Source: a virus (lineage: Duplodnaviria; Caudoviricetes). From it: DNA of 64,000 nucleotides. The notes under the pieces are model-generated. The model ran no database searches, was not told the DNA's origin, and saw only the letters and a list, made by a program, of their open reading frames with translations. Numbering within the stretch: position 1 is the stretch's first letter; each line of letters opens with the position of its first letter. The position numbers and the translations under genes were made by a program. Location: the IMG/VR virus record IMGVR_UViG_3300048691_000224. One strand, 5' to 3'. Below, one piece after another: positions 31,057-40,440 of this stretch.

Positions 31057-31263
31057 TCAATAACATCTAGCACACCGAATTTCCACAGTTTGTTGAAAGA
31101 AATCATACGACACCGATTCGACGATAGTATCGCACAACTGTCGCAACTGTCCTGGTCCTTTTTTGCGCATCGCCACAGTTTCACCAACACGTGGGATTGG
31201 AACGGCTGTCCCTGTTTCACCACTAATCACTTCACAACCTTCAGCGCTAATATAAAAGTTCAT
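31057..31263 (-). CDS. Hypothetical early protein
   Basis: AAGGA SD; follows the promoter at 31298. Confidence 0.55.
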   Translation of the reverse strand: MNFYISAEGCEVISGETGTAVPIPRVGETVAMRKKGPGQLRQLCDTIVESVSYDFFQQTVEIRCARCY

Positions 31264-31297
31264 CTTGGTTTTCCTTGTTTGTTTGATCTTAGGGTCA

Positions 31298-31325
31298 ATT
31301 ATACCCTAATTCTACATCATGTCAA
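31298..31325 (-). promoter_or_regulatory. Early promoter (TTGACA-N16-TATAAT)
   Basis: Perfect TTAGGGT/ACCCTAA palindrome at 31289-31309. Confidence 0.85.
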
Positions 31326-31385
31326 CACTTATTTGAGAAATGAGATTTTTACTCACAAAAGTCCACAGTATTGTTAAATTGCGTT

Positions 31386-31616
31386 TCAATAAAATAGTGT
31401 GTATGTTGGGTTTGAATACGTGATCGCTTCAATTTGCAAGAGCTCAATGGATTGGACCAACAATCTGGTCTTTGCTTGAGTGCTTTGAGCAAGTTTAAAT
31501 GACGAAATCACACTATTCGTATAGTCCACAGTTATTTCCTTGACCCGATCGAGTACCAGTGAGTTTCCAGATTTCATAAAAATCTCAACAGTGTGAATTT
31601 TTGTAATTTTAATCAT
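31386..31616 (-). CDS. Hypothetical early protein
   Basis: IFMKSG..L.LD.V; AAGGA SD. Confidence 0.6.
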   Translation of the reverse strand: MIKITKIHTVEIFMKSGNSLVLDRVKEITVDYTNSVISSFKLAQSTQAKTRLLVQSIELLQIEAITYSNPTYTLFY

Positions 31617-31646
31617 TTTGAACTTCCTTGTTTGATCTTAGGTTCA

Positions 31647-31674
31647 ATTATACCCTAATTCAACATCAAGTCAA
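31647..31674 (-). promoter_or_regulatory. Early promoter (TTGACT-N16-TATAAT)
   Basis: Family member; leader nearly identical to that of the 31298 promoter. Confidence 0.8.
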
Positions 31675-31688
31675 CACTTATTTTGGAT

Positions 31689-32678
31689 TTATGATGCCCA
31701 ATGTCCCAGTTTCATTTGTGCACTAAATTCACTATCAACAATTCCTTGTGTAATTGCACTTTCGAGGTACATACTCCCATATTTGCGCAGGGCTTCGTTA
31801 AGATCGCTGCAAGATCCAATGTCGGGGAAACTCAGTGAGAACCCAACACTAAGGGCTTGCTTAGCCATCACAGCGCCATTTGCATCTTTATTTGGTACGA
31901 TGATTTTTCTACCACGCGCTTGCGTCAATTTGTGAACGTGATACTTAGAGAAAGTGCTCCCCAGTATTGCAACACCATTAGACACCGATAGAGCATCCAA
32001 TGATCCCTCACACACTACAATATCATCTTCCGAGAACCGCGGAATTGAATTGTAATTGAACAACACGTTCGTCTTGGGGTGGATAGGTGATTCCCAACGC
32101 TTTGTGTTGGGGTTGCCTGTTATGTCACGACCTTGAAAAAAAGTTACCTGATTAGCTTGGTTGCGGCACAAAACAATCAACCTGTCTTGCCACTTGCCTC
32201 CTATTTTATCACTCACCATAAACTCATGACTGGAAGGCTCGAGTGCTCGAGTGCGTAAGTAATCCACATATGTAGTATCTCGAGTTGGATCCAGCGGTCT
32301 GAAGAAGGTCGGTAGTTCAATCTGAGAGGCTTCAGCGAGGTTAGCTGGGATATACTGAGTAGAGTCGACTTGCCGACCACCTGCGGCGAATGCCGAGAAT
32401 AGTACTGATTTTGCGCTATCCAATAACCCAAAGTCTGATAAAACCGTTACCATTTTTTCAGAGAATCGGCTAGCGCCGGCTTTGTATCCAGCTGTGGTAG
32501 AGCAATTAAAACAGTGGTAGCTTGCGCTTCCACCCTCAAATTTCCACCCGCCGCGCGACTTCTTATCATTACACACCGGACAACGCAGTGTATACCACCC
32601 AGACGGGGAGCGGGATCCTAGGATCCCGCTTGATGTGATTATCTGCTCGAGAGTGTCGTCAGATCCAGGCAGTACCAT
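31689..32678 (-). CDS. DNA primase (Zn finger plus TOPRIM)
   Basis: CPVC...HCFNC; VVCEGSLDAL; AILGS; DLNE. Confidence 0.85.
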   Translation of the reverse strand: MVLPGSDDTLEQIITSSGILGSRSPSGWYTLRCPVCNDKKSRGGWKFEGGSASYHCFNCSTTAGYKAGASRFSEKMVTVLSDFGLLDSAKSVLFSAFAAGGRQVDSTQYIPANLAEASQIELPTFFRPLDPTRDTTYVDYLRTRALEPSSHEFMVSDKIGGKWQDRLIVLCRNQANQVTFFQGRDITGNPNTKRWESPIHPKTNVLFNYNSIPRFSEDDIVVCEGSLDALSVSNGVAILGSTFSKYHVHKLTQARGRKIIVPNKDANGAVMAKQALSVGFSLSFPDIGSCSDLNEALRKYGSMYLESAITQGIVDSEFSAQMKLGHWAS

Positions 32679-32689
32679 GTGTGTATGTA

Positions 32690-33373
32690 TTATTCAATGG
32701 GTTGATCGGGATTGGGTTTAGCTAATTTTGAAGTTAATTTTTTTGGTTTAGGTTCTTGGAGAGTTGATTGCGCTTGCTTGGCTAGTTCCTTCAGTCGCTT
32801 CTCAATTGTCTCAGAAAGTAACCAAAGTTCTTCACCGTTGTCTATCTTCTTAATCTCATCGCTGGTGAGAAACTTTGAACATATCTTCTTGACGAGATTT
32901 GAGTATTGTCTCTTGTATGCGACAATCTGTCGATCGACGTCCGAACTCTTACCATAGAATCCACCACTGAATGTGTGGAACATCAACATTGTACAATCAT
33001 GCACAACATACTGGTGCCCCGCAAGGAAAATAATTGCAGCCATCGAGCTAGCACTAGAATCTAGCACTGTCGTAACAGTCGCTCGTGATTCAGCAATTGC
33101 GCTACAAATTGCAATACCAGTATCGAGTCTCCCACCATCCGAATTTAGGTATATCGTGATGTCATCGTGTGGTTCTGCAGTGCGAATCGTATTGATCATC
33201 TCAACATAATTAGCGGGTGCGCCGATCGGTCCATACAAGTAGTACGGATGTTGTTTTACGGGGATTACCCGCGAAAGACTTTGCTTGTATACGATGTTAA
33301 TCGGGGCATCATCTAATTCTGCTTCTTCATCAAGATTGTTATTTTTGGAGATTTTGCTCATTGCCTGATTCAC
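32690..33373 (-). CDS. ClpP-like serine protease
   Basis: IYLNSDGG...SASSMAAII...MLMFH. Confidence 0.85.
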   Translation of the reverse strand: MNQAMSKISKNNNLDEEAELDDAPINIVYKQSLSRVIPVKQHPYYLYGPIGAPANYVEMINTIRTAEPHDDITIYLNSDGGRLDTGIAICSAIAESRATVTTVLDSSASSMAAIIFLAGHQYVVHDCTMLMFHTFSGGFYGKSSDVDRQIVAYKRQYSNLVKKICSKFLTSDEIKKIDNGEELWLLSETIEKRLKELAKQAQSTLQEPKPKKLTSKLAKPNPDQPIE

Positions 33374-33391
33374 CGTACCTTTGTGTGTAAA

Positions 33392-33946
33392 TTAAGTTCT
33401 CACATAGTCGACAAAGACAAAATTATCTCCGTCGAGCTCGCCGGCTTTATTTACAGGCACAAAGTTTGTGGAAATCGCCTTTATGGGGTAGAATACATCG
33501 CAATCATCTGTGTTCTTGACTACAGTCATGTAACAGTGTGTTGTGAAGGGTAGTGTTTCTACAAACAAATAATACCCTCCAATTACAAATACAGTCTCAC
33601 CATCCTGCATGATGTTTATATCACGCAATTTACCTACGCTGGGAATTTTGGTGGCGTGGGCCGGGGTAAAGTCCTCAGTATTACTAACAACATAACACTT
33701 GCGACCTGGCAGAAATTCAATACCCTTCTCTTGAGCAATTCGCTCAACATCCAGATACGTCCTCCTCCCCATCACGACAGTGTGCCCCATAGTCAGTTCT
33801 TTGAATCGCTTCAAATCTTCCTTTATGTACCAAGGTTGTTTGCCGTCTTTGCCGATTCCACCGTACGAATTGACACTGACGATGTGCTTGAAGCCGTTAT
33901 CGATAGTTAGTGCGTTAACCGCAGGGGTTACATTTTGAAATATCAT
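33392..33946 (-). CDS. frd: Dihydrofolate reductase
   Basis: GGIGKDGKQPW.IKEDLKRFKELT...VVMGRRT...VIGG. Confidence 0.9.
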   Translation of the reverse strand: MIFQNVTPAVNALTIDNGFKHIVSVNSYGGIGKDGKQPWYIKEDLKRFKELTMGHTVVMGRRTYLDVERIAQEKGIEFLPGRKCYVVSNTEDFTPAHATKIPSVGKLRDINIMQDGETVFVIGGYYLFVETLPFTTHCYMTVVKNTDDCDVFYPIKAISTNFVPVNKAGELDGDNFVFVDYVRT

Positions 33947-34152
33947 TTAGTTTGGTGGGGAAAATAAATTGTAGTGCCTACAATCCGGGCACCAAGAACA
34001 CTGTTCACCATATCAATATTGTGCATTTGGCGTATTTTGCTTTTTACAGTATCTCGTCTGATGCACAGGGCCGCGATTGAATCCATAATCTCAGCGAGTT
34101 CAGTGTTGAGTTGGTCTAGCGGTGTGGGAAAGTCGAATTCTAGTTGTACCAT
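33943..34152 (-). CDS. Small coiled-coil hypothetical protein
   Basis: Start MVQLEF downstream of the Acb1-like stop. Confidence 0.5.
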   Translation of the reverse strand: MVQLEFDFPTPLDQLNTELAEIMDSIAALCIRRDTVKSKIRQMHNIDMVNSVLGARIVGTTIYFPHQTK

Positions 34153-34156
34153 TTTA

Positions 34157-34636
34157 TCAGTCCTCCAACTTAGAGTGATATTCGCTCGTGAGCACGATTC
34201 TTGGTAGTGTTGATACGTCAGGCAACTCACCTGACCATTCCTTAGACAGTGTGATGTGAGGGAGATACTCATCATAATCATACTCAGCTCCACACTTCAT
34301 GTATTCTTTGAACCTCTTTGTCGCATAGGGACACTTCACACGGACTACCAACAGTTTAGTCTGGGTATTTGGTGTTTCAAACACATCAAACTTAGTCGGC
34401 TGAGCCTCCACATTCTCCAGATCAGTTTTGAGAGTGGTCCAATCATACTCAAATGGTGTCTTTGAGTACGCAGTTGTGATGTGTAGGTCGTACTCATCAT
34501 CAATTTTGATATTATGATTGCGCGCCCAATCTTTGATGGCAGCAATACTGGTATCACTCAGTGAGAGTGCAGCATAATCCCCGGCGGGTTTCTTTGCTTC
34601 CAATAATATATGGAGTTTCTTGATGAATTCAAACAT
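34157..34636 (-). CDS. acb1: 2H phosphoesterase, T4 gp57B/Acb1 (anti-CBASS nuclease)-like
   Basis: Two HxT motifs (LHITTAYS, YLPHITLS); GAEYDYDEY and LTSEY match the gp57B pattern as recalled. Confidence 0.7.
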   Translation of the reverse strand: MFEFIKKLHILLEAKKPAGDYAALSLSDTSIAAIKDWARNHNIKIDDEYDLHITTAYSKTPFEYDWTTLKTDLENVEAQPTKFDVFETPNTQTKLLVVRVKCPYATKRFKEYMKCGAEYDYDEYLPHITLSKEWSGELPDVSTLPRIVLTSEYHSKLED

Positions 34637-35213
34637 TTGTGTCTAGTGCTTTATTGAAAATAGTACGAATCATTCTGACCGCTTTGAGTGCAGCTTGAGC
34701 ATCTTCAAGTGAATTGTGCTTGTCACGAACTACATTGAACATCTCAAACAACTCATTCGAGTCCTTGGTGTTATATAGGATAGACCCAACTGAGAACGAA
34801 TCGATGCTGTGCCCCGACAACTTGAGAGCCATGTTGTATTTGTCGAACCAACTTAGTAAGAAATGCCGGTCGAACGTATCTACATTGTGTCCACCAAGCG
34901 TTAGAGCCTTGTTCGTGTCGAAGTTTTCGCTCAAGAATTCACAGAATGCTGCAAGAGCTTCCTCTTCTTCAACACCATTCTCCTCTAGGTACTCTCTCGA
35001 CAGTCCGTGTACAGCCTCTGCTTCACTGTCCCACAAACTCATACCATTTGGTTTAATTTCAATATAGAATGAGTTTCCTTCTTTGAGCGTTTTAGTATCT
35101 GATACTACCCCTCCAAGGGATACAATTTGGTACTTGTAGCCGTTGCTCCGATCCATGCCGGTATTCCTACTATATCCACTAGTCTCAACGTCAATGAATA
35201 AGACTTTGCTCAC
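34629..35213 (-). CDS. DEDDh 3'-5' exonuclease (DnaQ-like)
   Basis: FIDVETSG; GHNVDTFD; HNSLEDA. Confidence 0.85.
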   Translation of the reverse strand: MSKVLFIDVETSGYSRNTGMDRSNGYKYQIVSLGGVVSDTKTLKEGNSFYIEIKPNGMSLWDSEAEAVHGLSREYLEENGVEEEEALAAFCEFLSENFDTNKALTLGGHNVDTFDRHFLLSWFDKYNMALKLSGHSIDSFSVGSILYNTKDSNELFEMFNVVRDKHNSLEDAQAALKAVRMIRTIFNKALDTNV

Positions 35214-35797
35214 AATACGTCCTTATCAAATTCTGTCGTTGGACGAGCAATATTGCTGGTGGCTGTGTCCTTCCAGGATGTACCAAGTTGATTGTTGTAC
35301 GTACCATCATACAACTTAGCTGAATCACTGTCCCACAACACCATCTGGGCTAACCGCATATTCTCTTCAACGGCGATTGTGTAATTGACGTGTAACAGCA
35401 TTCCACAGTTTGTTGAAGTGAAGCCGGAATCGTACAAACCACTTACCCCAAAGCAACCATTGCGCACGAATGTACTGCGCAGGTGCAATGTTGCAGCTAC
35501 CCCCAAGGGCAATGCACACCCTTCATTAAATGTAACATCATACACAGCCGGGTGCAAGAAGTACGATCGTGGTAGACTAGAATCTGCACCCGGGGTCGAT
35601 ACCGGTATAATAGGGGTATGATCGAGGTACTGTGTCCGTTGTTTGGATTCTGATAGGGTAACTGGTCGGTGTGGACTAGCCACCCGCGAGATAGATTTGA
35701 TTGTCAAATCAATACCATCACTGCCAATTTGTTTGGTAGCGTTTAATAGTTTTGTAACAATCCCGAGGTCGTAGGCTTTTTGTGGTGAAATAATCAT
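35210..35797 (-). CDS. dCTP deaminase/dUTPase family protein
   Basis: GIDLTIK; LRSTFVRNG; GLYDSGF; RLAQM. Confidence 0.8.
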   Translation of the reverse strand: MIISPQKAYDLGIVTKLLNATKQIGSDGIDLTIKSISRVASPHRPVTLSESKQRTQYLDHTPIIPVSTPGADSSLPRSYFLHPAVYDVTFNEGCALPLGVAATLHLRSTFVRNGCFGVSGLYDSGFTSTNCGMLLHVNYTIAVEENMRLAQMVLWDSDSAKLYDGTYNNQLGTSWKDTATSNIARPTTEFDKDVL

Positions 35798-36645
35798 TTT
35801 TGATACGATCTAAAAATCTCGTCAATAATTGCGAGGTTATGGGAGATGATTGAGTCATCTTTAACGGGGTGAACTGAGAAGTCTACCTCTGGTACATATT
35901 TCTTGTCAACAGGAGTCAGTGATTCACTAAATTGATTGTAAGGAATTCCACAGTGACCAAACCACACAGGATTGGAGCTATCGAGGGTATCAACGAGACC
36001 CATCCCCAACAGTGCCGGTAACTCCAGTCCAGGATTCAACAAACCCAACCAATGGATGTGTTTGTAGTAGAATGCTTCAGCACGCTCAGTATCTTGTGTT
36101 AGCCAGGTTGCAATACGATCGGCTGCTACAACACGGACGTATGATTTTGGGATGTGGGGAAGTGCAATTGGGTGTGCGAGGATTGACATACCGATCATGT
36201 CAATTTCAGGATTGAATAGAGCCCACTCGAAGCTTCGTAGCCACCCACCCCAATCACCTGGTGCTGATTGTGGGACGTAGAATGTTTTGAATCCCGCGTC
36301 TTTGAATTGTGGAATATATTTCTTCGCTGCTGTAATTGTGACATCGGATGGTTGCCCAGGGTAATCAGGCAACACTAATACATCAGCTCCTACCGACTTA
36401 CCAATTGTGATTAATCGGTCAGGAGCATATGACTGATTTAACTCGAAAGCTCCATTGTCGCAGATGTATGTTTCGTTGGAATACTTCGACTCCTTATAGA
36501 ATGATGCGTAGCCGGGATCATAGTGAGATGAATTGGGATCAATTAAATGTGCCAAAAGCAAGTGGAAGTCGGAGCCGTTTGCACGGGCAAATTTAGGCAA
36601 GTATGCCGTTGGTGTGATTGTACAGAATTGTGGATGTTGTTTCAT
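35794..36645 (-). CDS. TIM-barrel protein, tRNA-guanine transglycosylase/DpdA-like (tentative)
   Basis: CDNGAFE; LPDY; HWLG; DTLDSS follow TGT-superfamily motif order. Confidence 0.45.
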   Translation of the reverse strand: MKQHPQFCTITPTAYLPKFARANGSDFHLLLAHLIDPNSSHYDPGYASFYKESKYSNETYICDNGAFELNQSYAPDRLITIGKSVGADVLVLPDYPGQPSDVTITAAKKYIPQFKDAGFKTFYVPQSAPGDWGGWLRSFEWALFNPEIDMIGMSILAHPIALPHIPKSYVRVVAADRIATWLTQDTERAEAFYYKHIHWLGLLNPGLELPALLGMGLVDTLDSSNPVWFGHCGIPYNQFSESLTPVDKKYVPEVDFSVHPVKDDSIISHNLAIIDEIFRSYQK

Positions 36646-36709
36646 GGATGTTTGAATATAGTGATGGGAGTGATCTAATTATGTGGTAATCTAAAGATGG
36701 TGTCAAAGC

Positions 36710-36919
36710 TCACTTAGTGGGTCTACTCGACTTTACTATTTTAGCAATGGATGTAGGATCAAATAACCCCGAATGTACAACTTCGCCGTCAACCAATATG
36801 CACCGGGTGGTTCTCGTTGCTCGAGCAAATCTCAAAAATGAGTCGACATCACAATCTGGTAGTGCATATTCGATTTTGTTGGTTATTGAGCTAAACTCTG
36901 TTACTGTTCTTGATTGCAT
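36710..36919 (-). CDS. Hypothetical protein
   Basis: In the operon. Confidence 0.5.
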   Translation of the reverse strand: MQSRTVTEFSSITNKIEYALPDCDVDSFLRFARATRTTRCILVDGEVVHSGLFDPTSIAKIVKSSRPTK

Positions 36920-36929
36920 GTAGTATGTT

Positions 36930-37169
36930 CTAGTTAGTGGTTAATCGAATAGGGTAGAATGTTTCGCATGGAGAATCGGCTCCAATATCTCTACAGGGGT
37001 GGCAACAAAACCACACCTCCCAACCAGACTTATCTTCTTCGGTTGCGCCTGTCCACACCTCCTCTGTGTGCCCAACATCACTACCACAAAACATGCAGGT
37101 TGGGTCAAGGGGGTAGCGAGATTGGTCGATGCGTTGCTGAACTTCAAAAGACATAAAATCTGATCTCAA
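36930..37169 (-). CDS. Small Cys-rich hypothetical protein
   Basis: CMFC...CCHPC. Confidence 0.5.
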   Translation of the reverse strand: MRSDFMSFEVQQRIDQSRYPLDPTCMFCGSDVGHTEEVWTGATEEDKSGWEVWFCCHPCRDIGADSPCETFYPIRLTTN

Positions 37170-37176
37170 TGAGTTA

Positions 37177-37536
37177 TTAAACTTTCCTACCCATCGTATG
37201 AAAGTCTTTGCTGTCTGTAATTACTTGGTACGCACCTTTGTTACAGATTGGTGCTATGGTAGCAGTAACTGTTAGCACCGGCTTGTGAATTGGGGTTGTG
37301 CCATTTCCGACCAGGTCACCATAGGACGAGAGCTTCGGCGACTCTCCACGAGGCGGAGATTTTGGTTGCCAAAAAGAGTTACTATTAGTGGTGGTCTTGG
37401 TTGCCGAGGCGGATGTGTTGGCTCGGTATCGAAGCTTGAGGGCTTCCCATTCGACTAACAACTCTCGCTGCGCTTTTGTTAATTTTTTAGGTTTACTTTT
37501 TGTGGATGTGTATATCATAGTGTATGCAGCATACAC
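37177..37536 (-). CDS. T4-like conserved hypothetical protein
   Basis: APICNKGAYQVIT...MGRK ending. Confidence 0.6.
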   Translation of the reverse strand: MYAAYTMIYTSTKSKPKKLTKAQRELLVEWEALKLRYRANTSASATKTTTNSNSFWQPKSPPRGESPKLSSYGDLVGNGTTPIHKPVLTVTATIAPICNKGAYQVITDSKDFHTMGRKV

Positions 37537-37545
37537 ACATCTGAA

Positions 37546-37869
37546 TTAGTTGACAACAGACAGTGGAGTAGATGATGCGAGAACGGCTTGTTGTTCTAAT
37601 TTTCGGCGAGCCTCAGTGGCTACCCAACTTTTTTCATAAGCGCCTTCATCAAGCAGCTTGAGAGTTCCGATAGCCCGCAACCGCGTCAATCCTTGCAAGA
37701 CGGGGTTATTAGACAGGCAATCCGCCAACAGCAGTTCGTACATCTTATTTCGCTGTGTGAGCTGAACCTGAGTTATTTGATCACTGGGTAGTGCATATAG
37801 TGCGATCACGACCCTAAACCAAGCAAAAAATGTTGCTGGAGTTGGGACGATTTTAGTTAGAGAGGCCAT
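37546..37869 (-). CDS. Hypothetical protein
   Basis: In the operon. Confidence 0.5.
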   Translation of the reverse strand: MASLTKIVPTPATFFAWFRVVIALYALPSDQITQVQLTQRNKMYELLLADCLSNNPVLQGLTRLRAIGTLKLLDEGAYEKSWVATEARRKLEQQAVLASSTPLSVVN

Positions 37870-38227
37870 TTATTTGGACAAAATTTAATGTATCTTCAGG
37901 TGCCCCTACACTCCACACATCAACTGTTTGCTCTCCATCGGGACTCTTGCGAGAGTGTTTGGAAATATCTGTACCAGCAAGAATTGCTGTGTATACCACA
38001 TCTTCGCGCTTAGCTAACTTGTTGCTTTTGTATATCCACAGTTCACTGTACCGAGTAGCATCATCTTTGCGTTTATATACCAAGTGAGCGCCTTTAACAG
38101 TACGGATAGTACCTTGTTTGTTTGGATCATCCTGATCTTCCGTTTGATCATCAACTTGATCTTCTGTGGTGTCAGGGATAGCAGCAAAAGATACGATTGG
38201 AGATTCTAGGATTTGAAATAATCGCAT
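37853..38227 (-). CDS. Putative virion (internal head) protein
   Basis: MRLFQILES N-terminus; RTVKGAHLVYK...ELWIY...AGTDI; CTAAATA upstream. Confidence 0.55.
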   Translation of the reverse strand: MRLFQILESPIVSFAAIPDTTEDQVDDQTEDQDDPNKQGTIRTVKGAHLVYKRKDDATRYSELWIYKSNKLAKREDVVYTAILAGTDISKHSRKSPDGEQTVDVWSVGAPEDTLNFVQINGLSN

Positions 38228-38329
38228 AATATTAGATTGTTTTAAGTGTATTACTATTTAGGAGCGTGACTACAAGGATAGTCCGACTAAGTACACCTTG
38301 AATATCTCAGCACTCAGCTCAACATACAC

Positions 38330-38662
38330 GTGAAGAAACTACAGACCATTACCCGCAACGGAAAATTACATACCTTTTTTCCGGATGTTTTAATTGACGA
38401 TCACGTGAAAGGTTTTTTAGTAGATCAATCATGCACCCACATAATATTATCACTTGAGGTATTGTGGCAGGACTTTACTACAATCTGCGGAGAGGTGCCG
38501 GCGGCGACACATTACTTCAGTTTGTATATCGCTAGTGTCGTTGAGGAAAGTCTTAGTTCTAAATTTTATACCCACTACGTATCATTACCGACAACACAGG
38601 TACTCACTAGTGGAGAACCACTAGTGTCGTTTTGCTCGATTGTGAAGAAACATCGCTTGTAA
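38330..38662 (+). CDS. Hypothetical protein (divergent orientation)
   Basis: Fills an otherwise empty gap; GTG start without a clear SD. Confidence 0.35.
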   Translation: MKKLQTITRNGKLHTFFPDVLIDDHVKGFLVDQSCTHIILSLEVLWQDFTTICGEVPAATHYFSLYIASVVEESLSSKFYTHYVSLPTTQVLTSGEPLVSFCSIVKKHRL

Positions 38663-38938
38663 TGATTCGGTAATCACCATGTCGATGTAGCTCTGTCCTA
38701 GTTCTGTCAACTCTCCGACATCATCGATAATACCATACTCAACACACTTCGCTTGAGTTGCAACTACATCCACAACAACGCTCTCAGGGCCTATCGAAAT
38801 CAAGTGTTCGGATTCCAAGAGTTTGCCAAAAGACAGTGTCTTGGTGTTAGCATTTACCAAGTTGTAACAATCAATCGCCGAATCTCGTGATTGCCACAGT
38901 TGGGCTAGTAGTGCTAATTGTAAGTCGGACAGTATCAT
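38621..38938 (-). CDS. Hypothetical protein (possible winged helix)
   Basis: GII...GELTELG motif. Confidence 0.5.
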   Translation of the reverse strand: MILSDLQLALLAQLWQSRDSAIDCYNLVNANTKTLSFGKLLESEHLISIGPESVVVDVVATQAKCVEYGIIDDVGELTELGQSYIDMVITESLQAMFLHNRAKRH

Positions 38939-39306
38939 GGAGTTGGGTGATCGATTACAGCAAGTGTATCTACAACTACATACGCAGTATTGGAGTCTTG
39001 TTTCACTTGATGTGAAATAGACGTCAGTTTGCTTGCAGATTTTTTGCCTTTGAAAATATCGGCGATTGTTGGGACTGTAGTCTTATTTGGCAAGCTATCC
39101 AAAAATTCACCAAATGTTGGCACATCGTGTGCTTCTGTCACTGCTACTTGAGGTTGGTATGATGTGATAATTGGGAATGCTTGTACTACACTCCCTCTAG
39201 TATCTGCTGAAATAGCATCTGCAATAGAGCGTTCGCTAGTTATGCTGTGGATTGTGTTGTTTACCAACACAACGTATGCTGATGTAGAGTCTGAGAATGA
39301 TGCCAT
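38935..39306 (-). CDS. Hypothetical protein
   Basis: ATAAATA upstream. Confidence 0.5.
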   Translation of the reverse strand: MASFSDSTSAYVVLVNNTIHSITSERSIADAISADTRGSVVQAFPIITSYQPQVAVTEAHDVPTFGEFLDSLPNKTTVPTIADIFKGKKSASKLTSISHQVKQDSNTAYVVVDTLAVIDHPTP

Positions 39307-39358
39307 GGTATGTTACTACTGTAGTTAGTTAATTATTTATCTGCGTGGTGTTAAGAAC

Positions 39359-39673
39359 TCAGAGCCGCAATTCCCACGATTTGTGAAGGATACCTGTGCC
39401 GGTCTTGGATATTTTGTATGATGCTTTCTTGATAAGCATATCCACTAGGTGTTGAGTTTCATCAATCGTTTTCTTGTCGTCCGCAGTGAATGTGAGTGAT
39501 GTTCGTTGATAGGGAGGCAACTTCACGATATCCTGAAACTTCTTGCTAGCTGGGATCATCACTTTGAGCTTTTTGTTCATATTAAAAGCAACTATCCCTG
39601 TTGCGAATCCAGCCGCAATTGTTAGCAATGATGTGCTTAGTGCAGATTCCGCGAGTACAGTTTCGAGTCTCAT
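39359..39673 (-). CDS. Hypothetical protein (possible head-packaged)
   Basis: MRLETVLAES N-terminus. Confidence 0.5.
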   Translation of the reverse strand: MRLETVLAESALSTSLLTIAAGFATGIVAFNMNKKLKVMIPASKKFQDIVKLPPYQRTSLTFTADDKKTIDETQHLVDMLIKKASYKISKTGTGILHKSWELRL

Positions 39674-39685
39674 GTGGTCACAACA

Positions 39686-39979
39686 CTACTTCGATGGGGT
39701 TTGATTCACCGCATTCAACAGTGATTCTAGCTGGCTAGCGTAAGTCTGCAATTGCACAATTGTGACTCTATACGCAATTACCAACTCTGATACTGAGCTT
39801 GTAGGAGTGATTTTAGCAATTTCTAGGGCGGGGCGGGGTGGCACTACAACCTTGGGTAGATCCAGTGCAACAGGCACTTCAACAACTTGGGTTTCTACTC
39901 GAACAAACTTAGATTTCGGGAGCGCAAAGCATCCACTGAGTAGTACACACAACACGACGGGTAAAATTATTTTTTCCAT
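39686..39979 (-). CDS. Outer-membrane spanin (Rz1-like lipoprotein)
   Basis: Lipobox LLSGC; Pro-rich stretch; overlaps the end of the i-spanin. Confidence 0.8.
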   Translation of the reverse strand: MEKIILPVVLCVLLSGCFALPKSKFVRVETQVVEVPVALDLPKVVVPPRPALEIAKITPTSSVSELVIAYRVTIVQLQTYASQLESLLNAVNQTPSK

Positions 39980-40395
39980 TGTAAGGCCTCTAGGTTTCTT
40001 AGCACACTAATTGCATCAACACAAGTAAGGGCAATATTTTCATCCTGGCGAATAGTCGCAATCTTGCGGTTGCCATCGACAACCACTCGTTGGTTGGACT
40101 TTTCAGCAGTGGTTACTCTCGTTTGTTGCTCAATAACTTGGGTCTTGAGTTTGTTGACAGCCGCATTTTGGAGTGCTATTGTGTCTCGGAAGCTATCTGC
40201 TTGTTGGGTATTCAACTCTGAAGCAACAATTAAATCTGTTTCTTGTTGTTTAACTTTGACTTCGAGTTTAGATACCACTGATTGTGAGTGTTGCAGCATA
40301 CCATACATGACGATAATGACTATCGAACATACGCCATACCCCCAGGCGGCGAGTGGTACTCGTCTTAATAAAGATACAATTATTGATATACTCAT
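39967..40395 (-). CDS. Inner-membrane spanin (Rz-like)
   Basis: N-terminal TM segment, coiled coil and C-terminal Cys. Confidence 0.75.
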   Translation of the reverse strand: MSISIIVSLLRRVPLAAWGYGVCSIVIIVMYGMLQHSQSVVSKLEVKVKQQETDLIVASELNTQQADSFRDTIALQNAAVNKLKTQVIEQQTRVTTAEKSNQRVVVDGNRKIATIRQDENIALTCVDAISVLRNLEALQWKK

Positions 40396-40424
40396 GTGCG
40401 TATGGCCACTGTTGGTCTGTGGTC

Positions 40425-40432
40425 TATTTATA
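40425..40432 (-). promoter_or_regulatory. T4-type late promoter TATAAATA
   Basis: Exact consensus upstream of the spanins. Confidence 0.75.
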
Positions 40433-40440
40433 CAAAAGCG

